Below, one piece after another: positions 39,101 to 52,501 of a stretch of DNA of 64,000 nucleotides. This DNA is from Nageia nagi (lineage: Eukaryota > Plantae > Pinophyta): assembly GCA_050084985.1 (NCBI GenBank), contig JBITNC010000001.1, positions 5,642,001-5,706,000 of the forward strand, in the 5' to 3' direction. The stretch's first letter is position 1, and the number at the start of each line of letters is the position of its first letter. Under the pieces are notes generated by a model. The model saw only the letters and a program-made list of their open reading frames with translations, did not search any database and was not told the DNA's origin. Position numbers and translations under genes: made by a program.

Positions 39101-42100
39101 GGTCACACTGTCCAACTAGGATAGGTATTCATAAATATTTACTTTGTAGGATATAACTCGAAGGTTTAGACCAAGTTGACCTAGGTTAATTTACAACCAT
39201 AGAATGATTAAATTATTAAAATACTTTGTTTACAATATAATACCATGGTAATATTACAACTTGAATGAAGAACTATTTTCAATTTATTTATTTTATTTGG
39301 AAAGGGATTCAAGTATGGTTTGAACTTTGTAGATAAGGTATGTTCAAGAAGTAATAAAACTTGTGAATACATAGATAAATGCAAGTGAGTATACCTATAA
39401 CAATTCCTAGGGTCCAATTTGAACACCAAGAAATAGGTATTTTACATACAAATGTGAAGGTTTATCTATAGTTAACCATGGCTTTAATGAATATTTAAAT
39501 TATTATAGTCCAATAACATGAATCAATTGACATTATGATTATTATTGGTAAACATTATCTACATCATATTATTATATTGTATAAACCACAAGTAGTTGAC
39601 TTTTAGTTTAAATTAGAATTCTGTTCTATCAAGTGTTTTATGTTGGATTGATTTGGCAACTTGATTATGAAAGGTTGAGTTTGTGAATATGTAAGACTAG
39701 AGGTTAATGCTAGAGACTATTAAGAAATGCTTAACAAAGGCCAATATTTACAAATATGGTAAAACATTTTAGGTAGGTTATCCATGGGGACCATAGAATT
39801 ATGTTCATACCTTCATTCATAAATAGAAAGTTGTAGCATAGGAAGATTATTTGTGAACAATCATGAATCCTTGTAAGCATTATTTGTGAACAATCATGAA
39901 TCCTTGTAAGTTGTGAATCCACCTTTATATTAAATTTATGAGTGTGAAATAAAATACATGGGATATGAGTAGGATGCATGGTCAATACATTTATAGGCAT
40001 GGTATGCATTGCATGTGATCAAGCATATATGTATATAAGAGAAATAAATATATCACCACTCTATCCCATGTTTGGGGCAACTGGGTTGTCTATGGAGAAA
40101 TTTTCTCAACCCTTAATTCGATCAAATAGTTCTATTTTCAGTTTATAATCTTAAAAACTGCTAATTATTTTCTTGTATAGGGATTTTATTTCCATGGACA
40201 TGTATTCTTCAAAAATGGAATTACTATGGTGATAAATTTGGTTTACTAGTTAATTGTAGAATTCAATATTAATAAATTAACTTTGAATAAAATAGAAGAT
40301 AACTTAACGAGAAATATATGAAGATATTATTAGTTATACATGAAGTTCAGATTAGTTGTTGTGAAATGTTTGTTAAAATAATTATTTTATGCTTGTTATA
40401 ATGTCAAAAACATGTTAATAAATGGTTTGCAAAAAGAAATGATGAGTTTCAGTCTATGGGTTGGAATATGTAAGTTCATGATTGGTTTGATGAATGAAAA
40501 TTTGCATGGATAAGAAAAATAAAAACTACAATATGTAATTATTTCTATTCATTTATTATATATAGATGCTCTTATCGAATGAAGGTTTATTTCTTTTTGT
40601 GTAAACAATAAAAACAACTATGGATCTTTGTTAAAATGGAAAATTGTACGTATCAAATTCCAAATGAAAAATTTTATACCCAATGTAATATTTCTTACTT
40701 ATGGGAAACTGATATGTGTAAAGAAGACACACATTGCTCTAACTAGAATACTACTTGGGCTCTTATGTGAGAACTATTTAGTTGAATCAAGTTCAAAACT
40801 ACAAATATTAAAAAGGGATTATTATCATTTATCTATTATATGATGTAATGTAACATGAATTGGTGTATCTCCTATAAATAATAAGGTATTAATGGGAGAG
40901 AAAGATCCACAACCTACTATTAGTATCATAGTATGCTTGGAAAACTAATAGTATGGTCACTTGATATTACTTAGTAAACACTATGACTAGTTTGTCTAAT
41001 TGATTATGTAGGCTTGGTAAACTATTGAATACATAATAATGTATAGCCCATGTGAAATTTTGGGATATATGTAAATAAATCTATTAGATGCTTGATAATG
41101 GAAAACATATGATCTTATACAAAGTTTTGTATAAAATGACACAAATATAGAGAATGGATGGCATATGATTCTATGTGAATCCTTATTTAATTGCTTAAAA
41201 TAGTATGTAGAAAAAAAAATTGATATATTTGATTTTTTGATAGTGTAAAGTTTTAATATGAAAACACTTGTATATTTAAATAGTTAACATGGAATTATTA
41301 CAAGGTAATCTAACAACCTGATATATAAGGATGAATTAAAATTATAAAATTATAATTACAAGTATATATCCCATGAATCATTCAAAGATAATAGTTAAAT
41401 ATTATATTGAAAGATATGAAAGATTCCTTAAACTCCACCCAAGATCACCTTGGATGTAATTTTCCTAATCTTAAGAACACATAGATCATTCAGATAAAGA
41501 AAACTCAAGCATGTATAGTGGCTCCTCCAACCATGGGAGTACATCCATTTGAATCATCTGAATTCTATCATCTCAAGAACTATAGCTCTCTATAAAACTA
41601 GAAGCATATTCAAGCTTTCTCCAAGATCAAGCTCTCCTCAAACTACAAGCATTAGAGTGCTTTTCAAAAGTGTATTTTACATCAAGCCCAAGCCCTCCTT
41701 TTATAGGTGAAAGTCTCACCTTATCTCATCCTTTTACCCAAGGGGAATACAATAGACTAAAGGTCCTTACATAAGGATAATAATGGAAAAGTTTCATGCT
41801 TGAGTGTAGGAAAAGATTCCCAATATTTAATCCACTTAAATACTTAAAAGGTATTTAGAAATACTTTTAAGTATTAAGTGATTGAATAGGTAGTTACATA
41901 AAAGAAGTATTATTCCTTAGATACTATCTAAAGAATAACTTACATAATAATACATTATATGTTCTAGCACTCCCCCTTAATGTAATATTGGATAAGTAAG
42001 AAGAAAATAATGTAAGAGAGTAAAAGAAAGTTCTTCTCCATAGAAAATACAATTGAAGATGAGAACTTAATAACATAGAATTGAGATGGTTCTACAAGGC

Positions 42101-42544
42101 TCAACTACTTAACCATTTAAATAAATGGTTTACAATACAAAAATCATCAACCATAAATGGTTCTAATGTACATGTAGTAGTCATTCAATAACATGTTGAC
42201 ATGATGAGCCTCCATGAGAATGCATACCAAAGTAACCTGCAATCTCTAGAAGAAATTTGTAAGCTACAAGCAACTCATAGACAAAATCAATAAAATACAT
42301 CAACCATGATATATAACAAAGTTATACTTACACATCAAAAAATAAATCATGATATCTAATAATATCACATGTGCACAATAATATCTATGACAAAGCACTC
42401 ATATAACAAAAAACTCACTAATAAGAGGAAGTTGACATCACAACAAATACTACTTTCTCCCCCTTGATGAAAACTTCACCTATGTAGAGAAGATAAAAAA
42501 AATGCTACTTTAGAATAATTCATAAAGTTAATATATGTCAATAA

Positions 42545-43350
42545 AGCCACACAATATCAAATGTTAACTTGACTATACCACCAAGTAAAGATTTACAAGA
42601 TATAAGCTACAAGATAACAACTTGACTATGCCACCTAGTTAAGATTTACAAGCCAATACCACAAAATGCCAACTTGACTATGCCACTAGTCAAGGTTTAA
42701 AAGCTAATGCCACAAAATACCAACTTGGCTATGCCACCTAGTCAAGGTTTACAAGTTAATACCACAAAATGTCAATTTGATTATGCTGCCTAGTCAAGAT
42801 AATACCACAAAATGCCAGCTTGACTATGCCACCTAGTCAAGATTTACAATACAATGCCATAAAATGCTAGCTTAACTATACCACCTAGTCAAGATTTACA
42901 AACCAATACCACAAAATGCCAACTTGACTATGCTACTAGTCAAGATGCATATGATGGAAGAAGGTAGCACTTATCCATTAACATGGATTCAATTTCCATC
43001 AATGGGAGTAAAGTGGTAAAAAAATTACAATTTTGGAGAAGGGAAAACCTTTTTAATCACTCCAATAATTTACAACTTTGGAGAAGGGCAAACCTTTTTA
43101 ACCACTCCAATAATTTGTAGTCATGGATAAAGGTGAACCTTTTTAACCACTCCATAAATATGTAGTCATTGAGAAGGGTGAACCTTTTTAATCACTTCAT
43201 CCATAAACATGGATATTATTACATCAATATGGAAGAAAATAATGTGATATCCATCCATAATTATTAATATTCCTCCATTAACATGGAAACAAACAATGTG
43301 GCATCCATCCATAAATATGGATATTCCTCCATCAACATGGAAGCAAATAA
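42545..43350. repeat. Three consecutive tandem arrays (about 50 bp x8, 46 bp x4, 55 bp x3) in the element's 3' region
   Basis: Units CCACAAAATGCCAACTTGACTATGCCACCTAGTCAAGATTTACAA; GGAGAAGGGyAAACCTTTTTAACCACTCCA; CCATCCATAAAyATGGATATTCCTCCATCAACATGGAA. Confidence 0.88.
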
Positions 43351-46300
43351 TAAGATTTATTTAGGTTGACTAGGTTAGGTATAATATTTGCATACCAAGA
43401 TATTTACAATATTTTATTTTGATTTTTGATATGTAATCATTTATGATTATCATATAAAAAATATCATCCACATGTCAAGTTATCTAAGTCACCAAAGAGA
43501 CTTTTCACACTTGAGTATCTTTCAACCTTAGGTTGTTGAAAGTGCAAGTATTATAACATCTTGCAATTTGATTAAAAGATTAACTTTATATTTTTGAGTA
43601 AGATTCTTAATATTTTATTCATATTTCTCAACTTGAAAATTTGAACTTAACCATTTTATTTCCAATTATATTCCTCTCAATTTGATATGGGACTAAGCAC
43701 TAAGTTCCATTTGCATGGGTTCATAAAGGTCTAACTTCATAGCTTCCATTCAATAACAATGAAGAGAAGTTTGAAGGTTCATTATGACCTTTAAATTTAG
43801 AAAAGATAAATATACTCAACTTCATATTTATAGTCATCTTTTGAGCTCTTTAGATGACTCATTAAATATTTGGTCCAATGATTAACCCCCTTTTTGAAGG
43901 TTTCACATGAAATAAGATCCCATTAAAATTCCATCAATATTTATTTCACTTGCAATCAAATTTTGATCATGAAAGATAAAAAAATAACCTTTAATATCAT
44001 AGATCATAATGATATACTATATTATGTAACTCCTTCCTCTTGTAAAGAAGACTTTATATCCAAAGGAAAGTCAAATCCTTTTAATTTTTTTGATATATTT
44101 TCTTCCTTAGTTTTGATTCTTAAGAATAATTTTACTAAGGTCATAAACAAAAGTTAAGACAAAGGATACTTCCCTAAGGGCACTAAAGAGGAACGGTCCC
44201 AAAAATAAAAACTTAAGTGACACTAGTGGCTTAAAAATTGCTTACTTATCTTCCCTATGATACAAATGTCTAAAACAAAAATTCTTGGGAAGATATTTTA
44301 GTTAAACTTAAAAAGTTATCAACAATGAGTGTACGAGATAAGATTATTAAGCCAACTAAATTCTCAATGTGAAATTTATCATAATCCATCATATGCCAAG
44401 TCAATGACCATAATTTAGCACATGACTTTATCACCACCATAATTATTTTATCCAAAGCCAATCATCATGAAGGTTTGACAATCATAAGTTTTAGTAAACA
44501 AAAGGTGAGGCATATATCCCTAAACATGGATACAAGATCAAGGGAGAATACAAATTTTTAAGTTTCTTACAAATATGTTTACTTTAAAAAGTAGTCTACC
44601 ATATTTTTATTATACCTTGAGATTTTATTAACTAAACTCTAGGAGCCTTCACAAGGCTATATAAAGATTTTTAAGGCTATTTTCTTAATATTGCCAATTC
44701 TATTGATCGTACAATTCAACATCTAATCCTTAATTATGATTACAAATATTTATTTTAAGATCTTTGCATTTTAATTCCAAGACTTAATCTTTCAATACTA
44801 CATCCATAAACATGGAAAATAACCTTCCAATATGGAAGTAAATGAGGTACCAAGTAGTGCAGTGTAAGTAATTATAAAGATGTTAAGCCAATATTTATAG
44901 TCACCTAAGTTATGGTTAATGTATAATAAATGTATACATAATCAATAATTACATCAACCCTCCTAAGGATGAATTAGTCATTCTAAGAATTCATACTTTA
45001 ATCCTTCTTGAGGATAATTTCACAAACCTAAACAACTAGGGTTTAATAACTGTAAAATCACATCCAAAATTTCCTCCTTGATAAAAGATGATTAGATTTT
45101 GAAATATGCTTTGTTATGAAGTTATTAACTCTCCCTCTTAAGGGTAAATTCATTAAAATTATAGCATATATATATTTATCTTTGTTAAGCTCATGACAAT
45201 GATAATAATCAAATGCAACAATGGTGATATATGAAATATCCACCTTTTGAAGGAATTTTACACTACTTCTCACTTCAAACAACGATATCAAAAAATGTCC
45301 ATAGTAATTCAAATTTGGATAAGGTTCACACGACTCTCCACTTCTATTTAAGGATATCTAAAATGTGCATAAGGAAATAATGATATCAACAAGTGCACAA
45401 CCAAAATTGAAGAAGAGTTTCTATCTAACCAAGGATATCATTACAAGTGCAACCATTTTAACTAATGTGCAACTTAAACATTTAGGAATAAAGTTGTTAT
45501 CAACTAATCATTCTAATTAAAAAATATTTATTTATCTAAACTCCATAAATTGAGCTTAAAGTTGCATTAAAATCTATTATTTGAACAAAACATTAGAATA
45601 ATATTGTTTATCCAAATGCTTGCAAGATTTATCTTAAAATTGCAAAAAGTTATATTAAGAAGCCAAAAGAGGTAATTATCCAATTGTAAACTTTAAAGCA
45701 TATGGTAAACAAATTATTCAATTAATTATTTTGCAAGTTACAAAGTAATTTTACAATTGTAAACCACTTGTGCAAGTTGTAAGTTGTAAGTCATGGATTG
45801 TAATGTTAGTGAAACCTATTCTTCCATTAGTTAACAATTATAAATCAAATTTGTTGGTTTAGAGAAATATAAATTACATTTTTTAGTTTAGTAATTATAG
45901 AGTAAATTGAGGTTAGCGCACTTTTATTACGTTTATTGTAATTATTGTAATGAATTTAAGCACTTTTTCATTTTATTTAACAACTTAAATACTAAGAAAA
46001 TCAACTATTAAAAAGAGTTAGTAGTTTTCCTTAAAGTTAGTTGTTAGTTACAAATATGCTTAAGAGCTTGCTTTTAAGAGACATTACATCATGATCTTGT
46101 TCAAGAGCTCAAAGAAAAAAAATCTTGCATAGTGCTTTTCCAATGACATTATCAAGAATTTTCATTTTTCTCAAGCAGGGGCAAATTAACTAAATTTTTA
46201 TTTTGAAAAGATTCATCTTTTTCTCATTTTTGCACCTTTTCCATCTTGATTCTTCTCCTTTCAAAACCTTAAATATTGCAAAAAGGAAATTAGACATATC

Positions 46301-47239
46301 TTATTTTCCTTTGAAGATAAGGTTAAATCCAAAAAAAAACTAAGAGTTAGAAAAAGAAATAAGAGACTTAATTTAAAGACAAAATAAGCTTATCTTAAAA
46401 ACATCTAAGGTTACTTAATAAGATTCAAGTTTTAATTTTTATTAAATAACTTTAAATCTATTAATTACCTTTTAAAAAACAATCTCTTAGAACTTAAAAA
46501 AAACATCTTTAAGAAAAAAAAACATCTCTTAAATCTATTGGTTCAAATGAGAGATAAAAAGATATAAGCAACGAGATAAGAAATTAACTACTTAAAAAAG
46601 GAATACCTCCTTAAAATATTAAATTGATTTCTTACACCCCCCTTTTAAAAAAAAACATTAATTCTTTTTTTTTTTAAATAAAAATATAGCTTTAAAAAGT
46701 TTCTCCTTAAAAAAAAAAGATTAAATCTCCCCTCCTTTTTTAAGCTTTTAAAATTATCTCCCTTAAAAAAAGGTTTCAAAAAATATTAAGTCTAAAATAA
46801 TTCCTCATTTTTATTTAAAGGAAAATAATTCCTCTAAATATTTACTCCACTTCCTTTTCTTAATAAAATTAGGACTAATAATTACCACCACTCCCTAATT
46901 ATGCCTTCCTCTCTCCTCCTTTTGTTTTGCTAAAAAAATAATTCCACTATGGCTCCGTTGATTAAAAAAAATAATACAAAATTATTGTTTGAACATTATT
47001 TCACTAAATACAATAGGATTCAAAGAAGGTAATTATCATCCCATCCACTCCATGAAAAGAATTAACATAAAAGTGTACTATTTCACTAAATGCATTAATC
47101 ATGAAGGGCAAGCATGCATTCCACTTGAGGTTTTTTTTTTATACAAAAAAATCAATGGAAGAGAGGAGAGGAGTTAGTCATAAAAAGGGTCACTAGAGAG
47201 GGAGGTAATAAGTGGCCATTTAATACTAGAAGGCAACCA

Positions 47240-47655
47240 AGGTGTGGTTGGGCTACATAAGTAGGGTTGGGAGGTGGTGGCAGGATTGCAAGCTCCCAAT
47301 AGGGTTATGCCCTAGGGGTTGTGTGCCACCAGATCCCAATAAGGTCATGCCCTAGGGTAGCATGCTGCCCAAATGGGGATCATTAGCTCCCAATAGGTCC
47401 ATGCCTTGACAGGATTATGCACCACCCAAAAGGGGGTTGTAAGGTCCCAACAAGGGTCATCCATCACCCAAAAGGGGGTCATGAGCTCCTAATAAGGGTC
47501 ATTCCCTAAATGGGTCACATGCCACCTCGTTGGGGGTGATAGGCTCCCAATAGAGGCCATGCCCTAAGGGGGATGTATTCACCCCATAAGGGCCATGTCA
47601 TCTTGTGACAGAGGTAGGATCCCATGCCTATTGAAGGGGGGGTTTAGCCCCTTTC
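47240..47655. repeat. GC-rich degenerate tandem repeat of about 50 bp in the element leader
   Basis: Recurrent GCTCCCAATAGGGTCATGCCCTA..GCCACC, about 6 copies. Confidence 0.7.
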
Positions 47656-49569
47656 AACTTTGCTAAAAAAATATTCATATATTTTTTATTATTATAAAAA
47701 AAATTTCATGTAAATTTGGTTTGCCAAGTAGGTACAAAAATTAAAAAAAATATTTCAAGTAAAGATTATATATTTGTAATAAGCATTTAGTATGAACATT
47801 ATAAAAAAATATATCAATGTTAGGTGTAAAGGTAAACCCTACAACCTTTCATACAATGTTCAATTTCAATGGAAATCCATACCAATTTATATAAAACCAA
47901 TGTATATAAATTGTTTGTAAAATATAATAATATTATTAAAGATATTGTGTAATATATTTCATAATAATATTGGTAAATCATTCCACTCTTTTTACAAAGC
48001 TTTCTATTTGTAAAAAAGATAGTATCACAAAATAGATAACAATTTTGTAAAAGAGCTAAAAAAATTTGCAAACTTTCACAAAACATTACATAATAACATA
48101 TTGTGATATATGCATTAATTTTGTAAAGGATAATTTAATGAGGCAATTTGCAACTTTGAAAAATTAATTTCAAAACTGTACAAACTTATAACTAATATAA
48201 TAACAAATAATTTTAAAAACTAACATATGTATAACAATACATAAAATTGCACACTAAACCTTTAAAAAAGGTTAATCTATTAAATAAGAGGATTGTAGTA
48301 CCCAAAACTATTGGTTGGGAAGCACCAACATCCTTCTTAATTTTTAAGCTATTTTTACACTAAGAAGTTATTTTAATATATATAAGCTTAAAGCTTAATT
48401 TTAACAAAAAATAGCTTGTGTAAGGAAAAAAAGAGCAAAATTTTAGCAAAAAATAGCTTAGAAAATATAAGAGAGTGAGAAGAAAACTTATATCTCAATA
48501 TAATTTTACCTCATAATATGAATAGAAGATTTCCAAGGGTGGCTCTAATACCAAATGAAGGAGTTTAAGGATTCCTTAAACTACACCTAACATCACCTTG
48601 TATGTAATCTTCCTAATCTTAAGAACACATAGATTATTCACACAAAGAGAACTCAAGCATGTATAGTGGTTCCTCCAACCATGTAAATACACCCACTTGA
48701 ACTATCTCAATTCTATTATCTCAAGAACTCTAGCTCTCTCTACAACTAGAAGCATATTCAAGCTTCCTACAAGATCAAGCTCTCCTCAAACTACAAGCAT
48801 GAAAGTGATTTCCACAAGTGTATTTTACATCAAACCCAAGCCCTCATTTAATAGGTGAAAGTCTCACTTTAGCTCATTATTTTACCCATAGGGAATATAA
48901 CAAACCAAAGGTCCTTACACAAGGATAAGAATGGACTAGTGTCATGCTTGAGTGTAGGACAAGACTCCTAATATTTAATCCACTTAAATACTTAAAAGGT
49001 ATTTGAGAACACTTTTAAGTATTAAGTGATTAAATAGGGAGTTACATAAAAGAAGTATTATTCCTTAGATACTATCTAAAGAATAACATACACAATAATA
49101 CATTATATGTTTGAACATATATCATCCTACATGAGAGAGAACAAGTATGATACAAAAAAAACATAATTAAGTAGTGAGCATGAAGTTCACTTGTATATGA
49201 TGAACTCATACAATAATCGTGGAATCTTATGATAAAGGTAAGTTCCATTATCAAATCTTGATAATATAAAATATACAAATAATATTGCAATGTTCATTTA
49301 TTTAATGGTTAAGAATGATGAATTTGCATAGTGCTTAAGGTTGAGCAACCTTCTAAAACCTCTAAGTAGAGAATATATTGACAATAACTTATACAATGAA
49401 TAATCTACAAATGAATGAGGGTAAATAGAATAATAATTCTCACATGCACTTAAACCTATCCTTATTCAAGGTATTATTCAATTGTTGCCATGATTTATAT
49501 TGGTGTTAATGTCATTATTATGCAAATAAGAAAAAAACTTTAAGGTGGTTTTTAGGTGGATGTGGAATA

Positions 49570-51700
49570 TGGTATCAGAGCTTAGGTTCAAACTCTTGGA
49601 CTTAAGGCCCAACTATTTGCTATAAAAATATAAAAAGAAATCAATTATGAGTGATAGCAATTATTATAATGTTGTTCTTGGTGATCAAAAGCCAATGTGT
49701 AAGTAGGTCTGGTCAACCTATACTTATCATATAAAGCTTAAAATACCAAGGTAAAATGGGTAGTTGACCTATTGGTATGCTATGCTAATATAGTTGATTG
49801 CTAAAAATATACCTAAATATTGGGTGCCTTAACTAAAAGAAATATTTTAACTTCATGTATGGATGCATATTTCTAGTAAGATAAACCAAATGGGGTCTTT
49901 GTAAAGGAGAATAACATGAAGACATTCCAATTGGGATCTTCGCAGGGGTGAATATCTAAGGATCTATGGCTATCATAGGGAGGAAAATTATCCATACCCC
50001 TAAGAGGTAACCATAGTTAAGAAAACCCTTATTTCTCTTTTGAAATCATTGGTGTATGATGATGAGTTTGTATGGGTGGAATTGAGGTCATACCATATTG
50101 ATGAATAATAGTGAACTAAACAATAGTTGTTGCTACACAACAACAATTGTTGCCAGGCACTAGGAGGTTATCTACAACAATTCTAGTGCATGTTATAAAA
50201 ATTGCTTACTATAATGAAGGTAAGATTTACTCTTAGTCAATAGATCCCAATACCTAATTATTATTGCTTGAGGAAGATAGAATATAAATAATGCTAAAGA
50301 AGGAAATTTATATGCATGAACAAAAAGATAGAACAACTGCTCAAGATGAAATATACTAAGAAGTATTTGCATGACCTTAACAGGAAGGATTTGCTAACAA
50401 AAGCACCAAGTTTGCTTGGAAGTATATGTGCATTCCTAATAGGGTTCTCTATATTTAACTTGAAGAAAGCCAATTATTTGTGAGGTGCTCCAAGGATATA
50501 GAACCAAGGTTGTCCAAGCTAGAAAATGAATTCCTCTATGGAATGATTATTTCCTAATGATTTGTAGATGCTCATATTTATGAATAGACCTATTAGTGGG
50601 TATGATACTTAAGGGGGTGATAAAACATGCTTCATGAAAAAACTTAATATTCCAAATTGATATGAATCAATAGAATCATAATTATACCTTGTTGAAGTTA
50701 AACTAAATACCATGATAAGGTCATGATAACTTGTAACTATCATTGATCAATATTAGATCATGAGTAGTATGTTGATTAACCATTTTCCCAACATAAAGTA
50801 GACATTTATAAGTGTTAATTGTTAAGTAGCATGGATAAAAATAGCCTATAAGAGTAGGCATATTCCTTGAATAACTTTAGTAATAGGACTAGAGGTTCCA
50901 AGCTAAATTCAAAATATGGATCAAAATTGGTACCAATCGAGTTTATAATCCATTGGGATAATTTATTAAGATAAGAAAGGTTAAAAAATATTTTTTTATT
51001 ACTAAAGTTAAATTGGTTACTAATTTAACTACTGATTTATTTTAGCACCATAGGGGTGAATTCTTTATTACTTTAGGAGAGATGAGCAAATTTACTATCA
51101 ATTTTGTGCATTATATGGACTATTTCTATAAGTTAAATGCTTGGTGAAATTTTTAGAAGAAAACTATCTATGCAAATTGATAAAATAAATCATACTATCT
51201 TGAATATATATGTATAAATAGAAGTAATGAGGTATGCGAGGCCTCCCTATGTTAAATGTTAAGTAACAAAATATTTTGTAGGAAAAACATGGACTTAACA
51301 CAATTAGAAGAAATATTGAATCAAGTACTTCAAGCTTGGGAACCTAAGGAGAGTAGTGCTAGAGGATATAAAAATCATGAAAAACTTGAGAAAAGTAATA
51401 CATTGTGTAAATAATAAATATAAACACAAAATAAATTAATATAAACACAAAATAAATCCATAAAGATGACACTTATTTAAATATACAATTAAGTAAATGA
51501 AAAGTGTGCACCTGACTATGATGTGACAATCCTCAAGATGTGATAAGGGGATACGAAGGATTGGATCATATCAAATACATAATTCGATGGGATTGATGAT
51601 TTATGCAGACTAAGTGATGATGTCTCCTTTATTTCTAGCTCTGGATTGCAAATGCACATGATGCCAACAACATCTTGAATCTAGGGCACTAATGTTGGTA
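49570..51700 (+). mobile_element. Decayed LTR retrotransposon internal region beginning at a Met-tRNA PBS
   Basis: TGGTATCAGAGC at 49570-49581, followed by eroded purine-rich coding-like sequence. The right boundary is approximate. Confidence 0.45.
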
Positions 51701-52501
51701 AACCTATAAAATTAGATAATGTACAAAAGATAGCATGTATAATAACTCAAAGTAAACATATATTCCAATAGGTGGCATAAAGAGCCACCATAAGTATGAT
51801 GTATGGGACAACCAACTATCAGAGAGATCCAATAGGGATGTCAACCTACAACTTCTATATTTATAACTTGCAAGGAAATAGGGTGGAGTGAAAGTCAACT
51901 CATAGCAATAATAGAATCATTGTTATATTCAAGATACTTTAAAAATATGAACCATGGTAAATAATATTGCATTTAATATAACACATGGCATTGCATTGTA
52001 ATATCAACTTTATCTTGACATTTATAATATTGCTTTTAATATTTTTAGAGAAATACAAAATATGATTTAAATAATAAATCATTTTTAGGTGTCTACATTT
52101 TTCCCTTCTTTGGATATGAAATGAAAAGCATTGAAATTGTGTAATCGAAAGAAGTTTAAAGATGTGAAAAATTTTCAGAGTTAAAGTAAGCTTCCCTTTC
52201 ACAATCCATATGCTGTGTATGATAACTCATTTGCCCACTTTTGGTCTAGAATTTTCCCATGCTTTTCACATCAATGAGGTAATCAGGACAAAATGATATC
52301 CTATGTGCAGAGTGATATTTTAGGTACTGTGGAAATCCTAATCTCCAGGATACTCTATGGAAACAAAGGAAATAATAGTTGCATAGATCACATCCATGAT
52401 ATTGATATTCAAATTAAAAAGAGCAAGGATGAAATTAATATAATATTCCTTTGTGGAATACTATTATTTCAACTCATAATCTACAATTGTTTAGCTGATG
52501 A

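Larger units (their letters stand above)
41408..49117 (-). mobile_element. Internally deleted/decayed Copia-family LTR element (7.7 kb) with both LTRs
   Basis: 562-bp LTRs 41408-41969 and 48556-49117. Perfect TSD TATAT. PBS GCTCTAATACCA at 48542-48553; PPT CTCCCCCTT at 41970-41978. LTR and leader are homologous to the Copia at 57348. Only about 2 kb of eroded coding-like sequence remains (about 43.4-45.35 kb). Confidence 0.88.

Noticed and set aside
37790-39560. PPR-gene remnant
   Set aside because: The period is not 105 bp and no PPR consensus could be translated.
49570-49581. tRNA-Met gene
   Set aside because: Only the 12-nt complement of the tRNA 3' end (a PBS); no cloverleaf.
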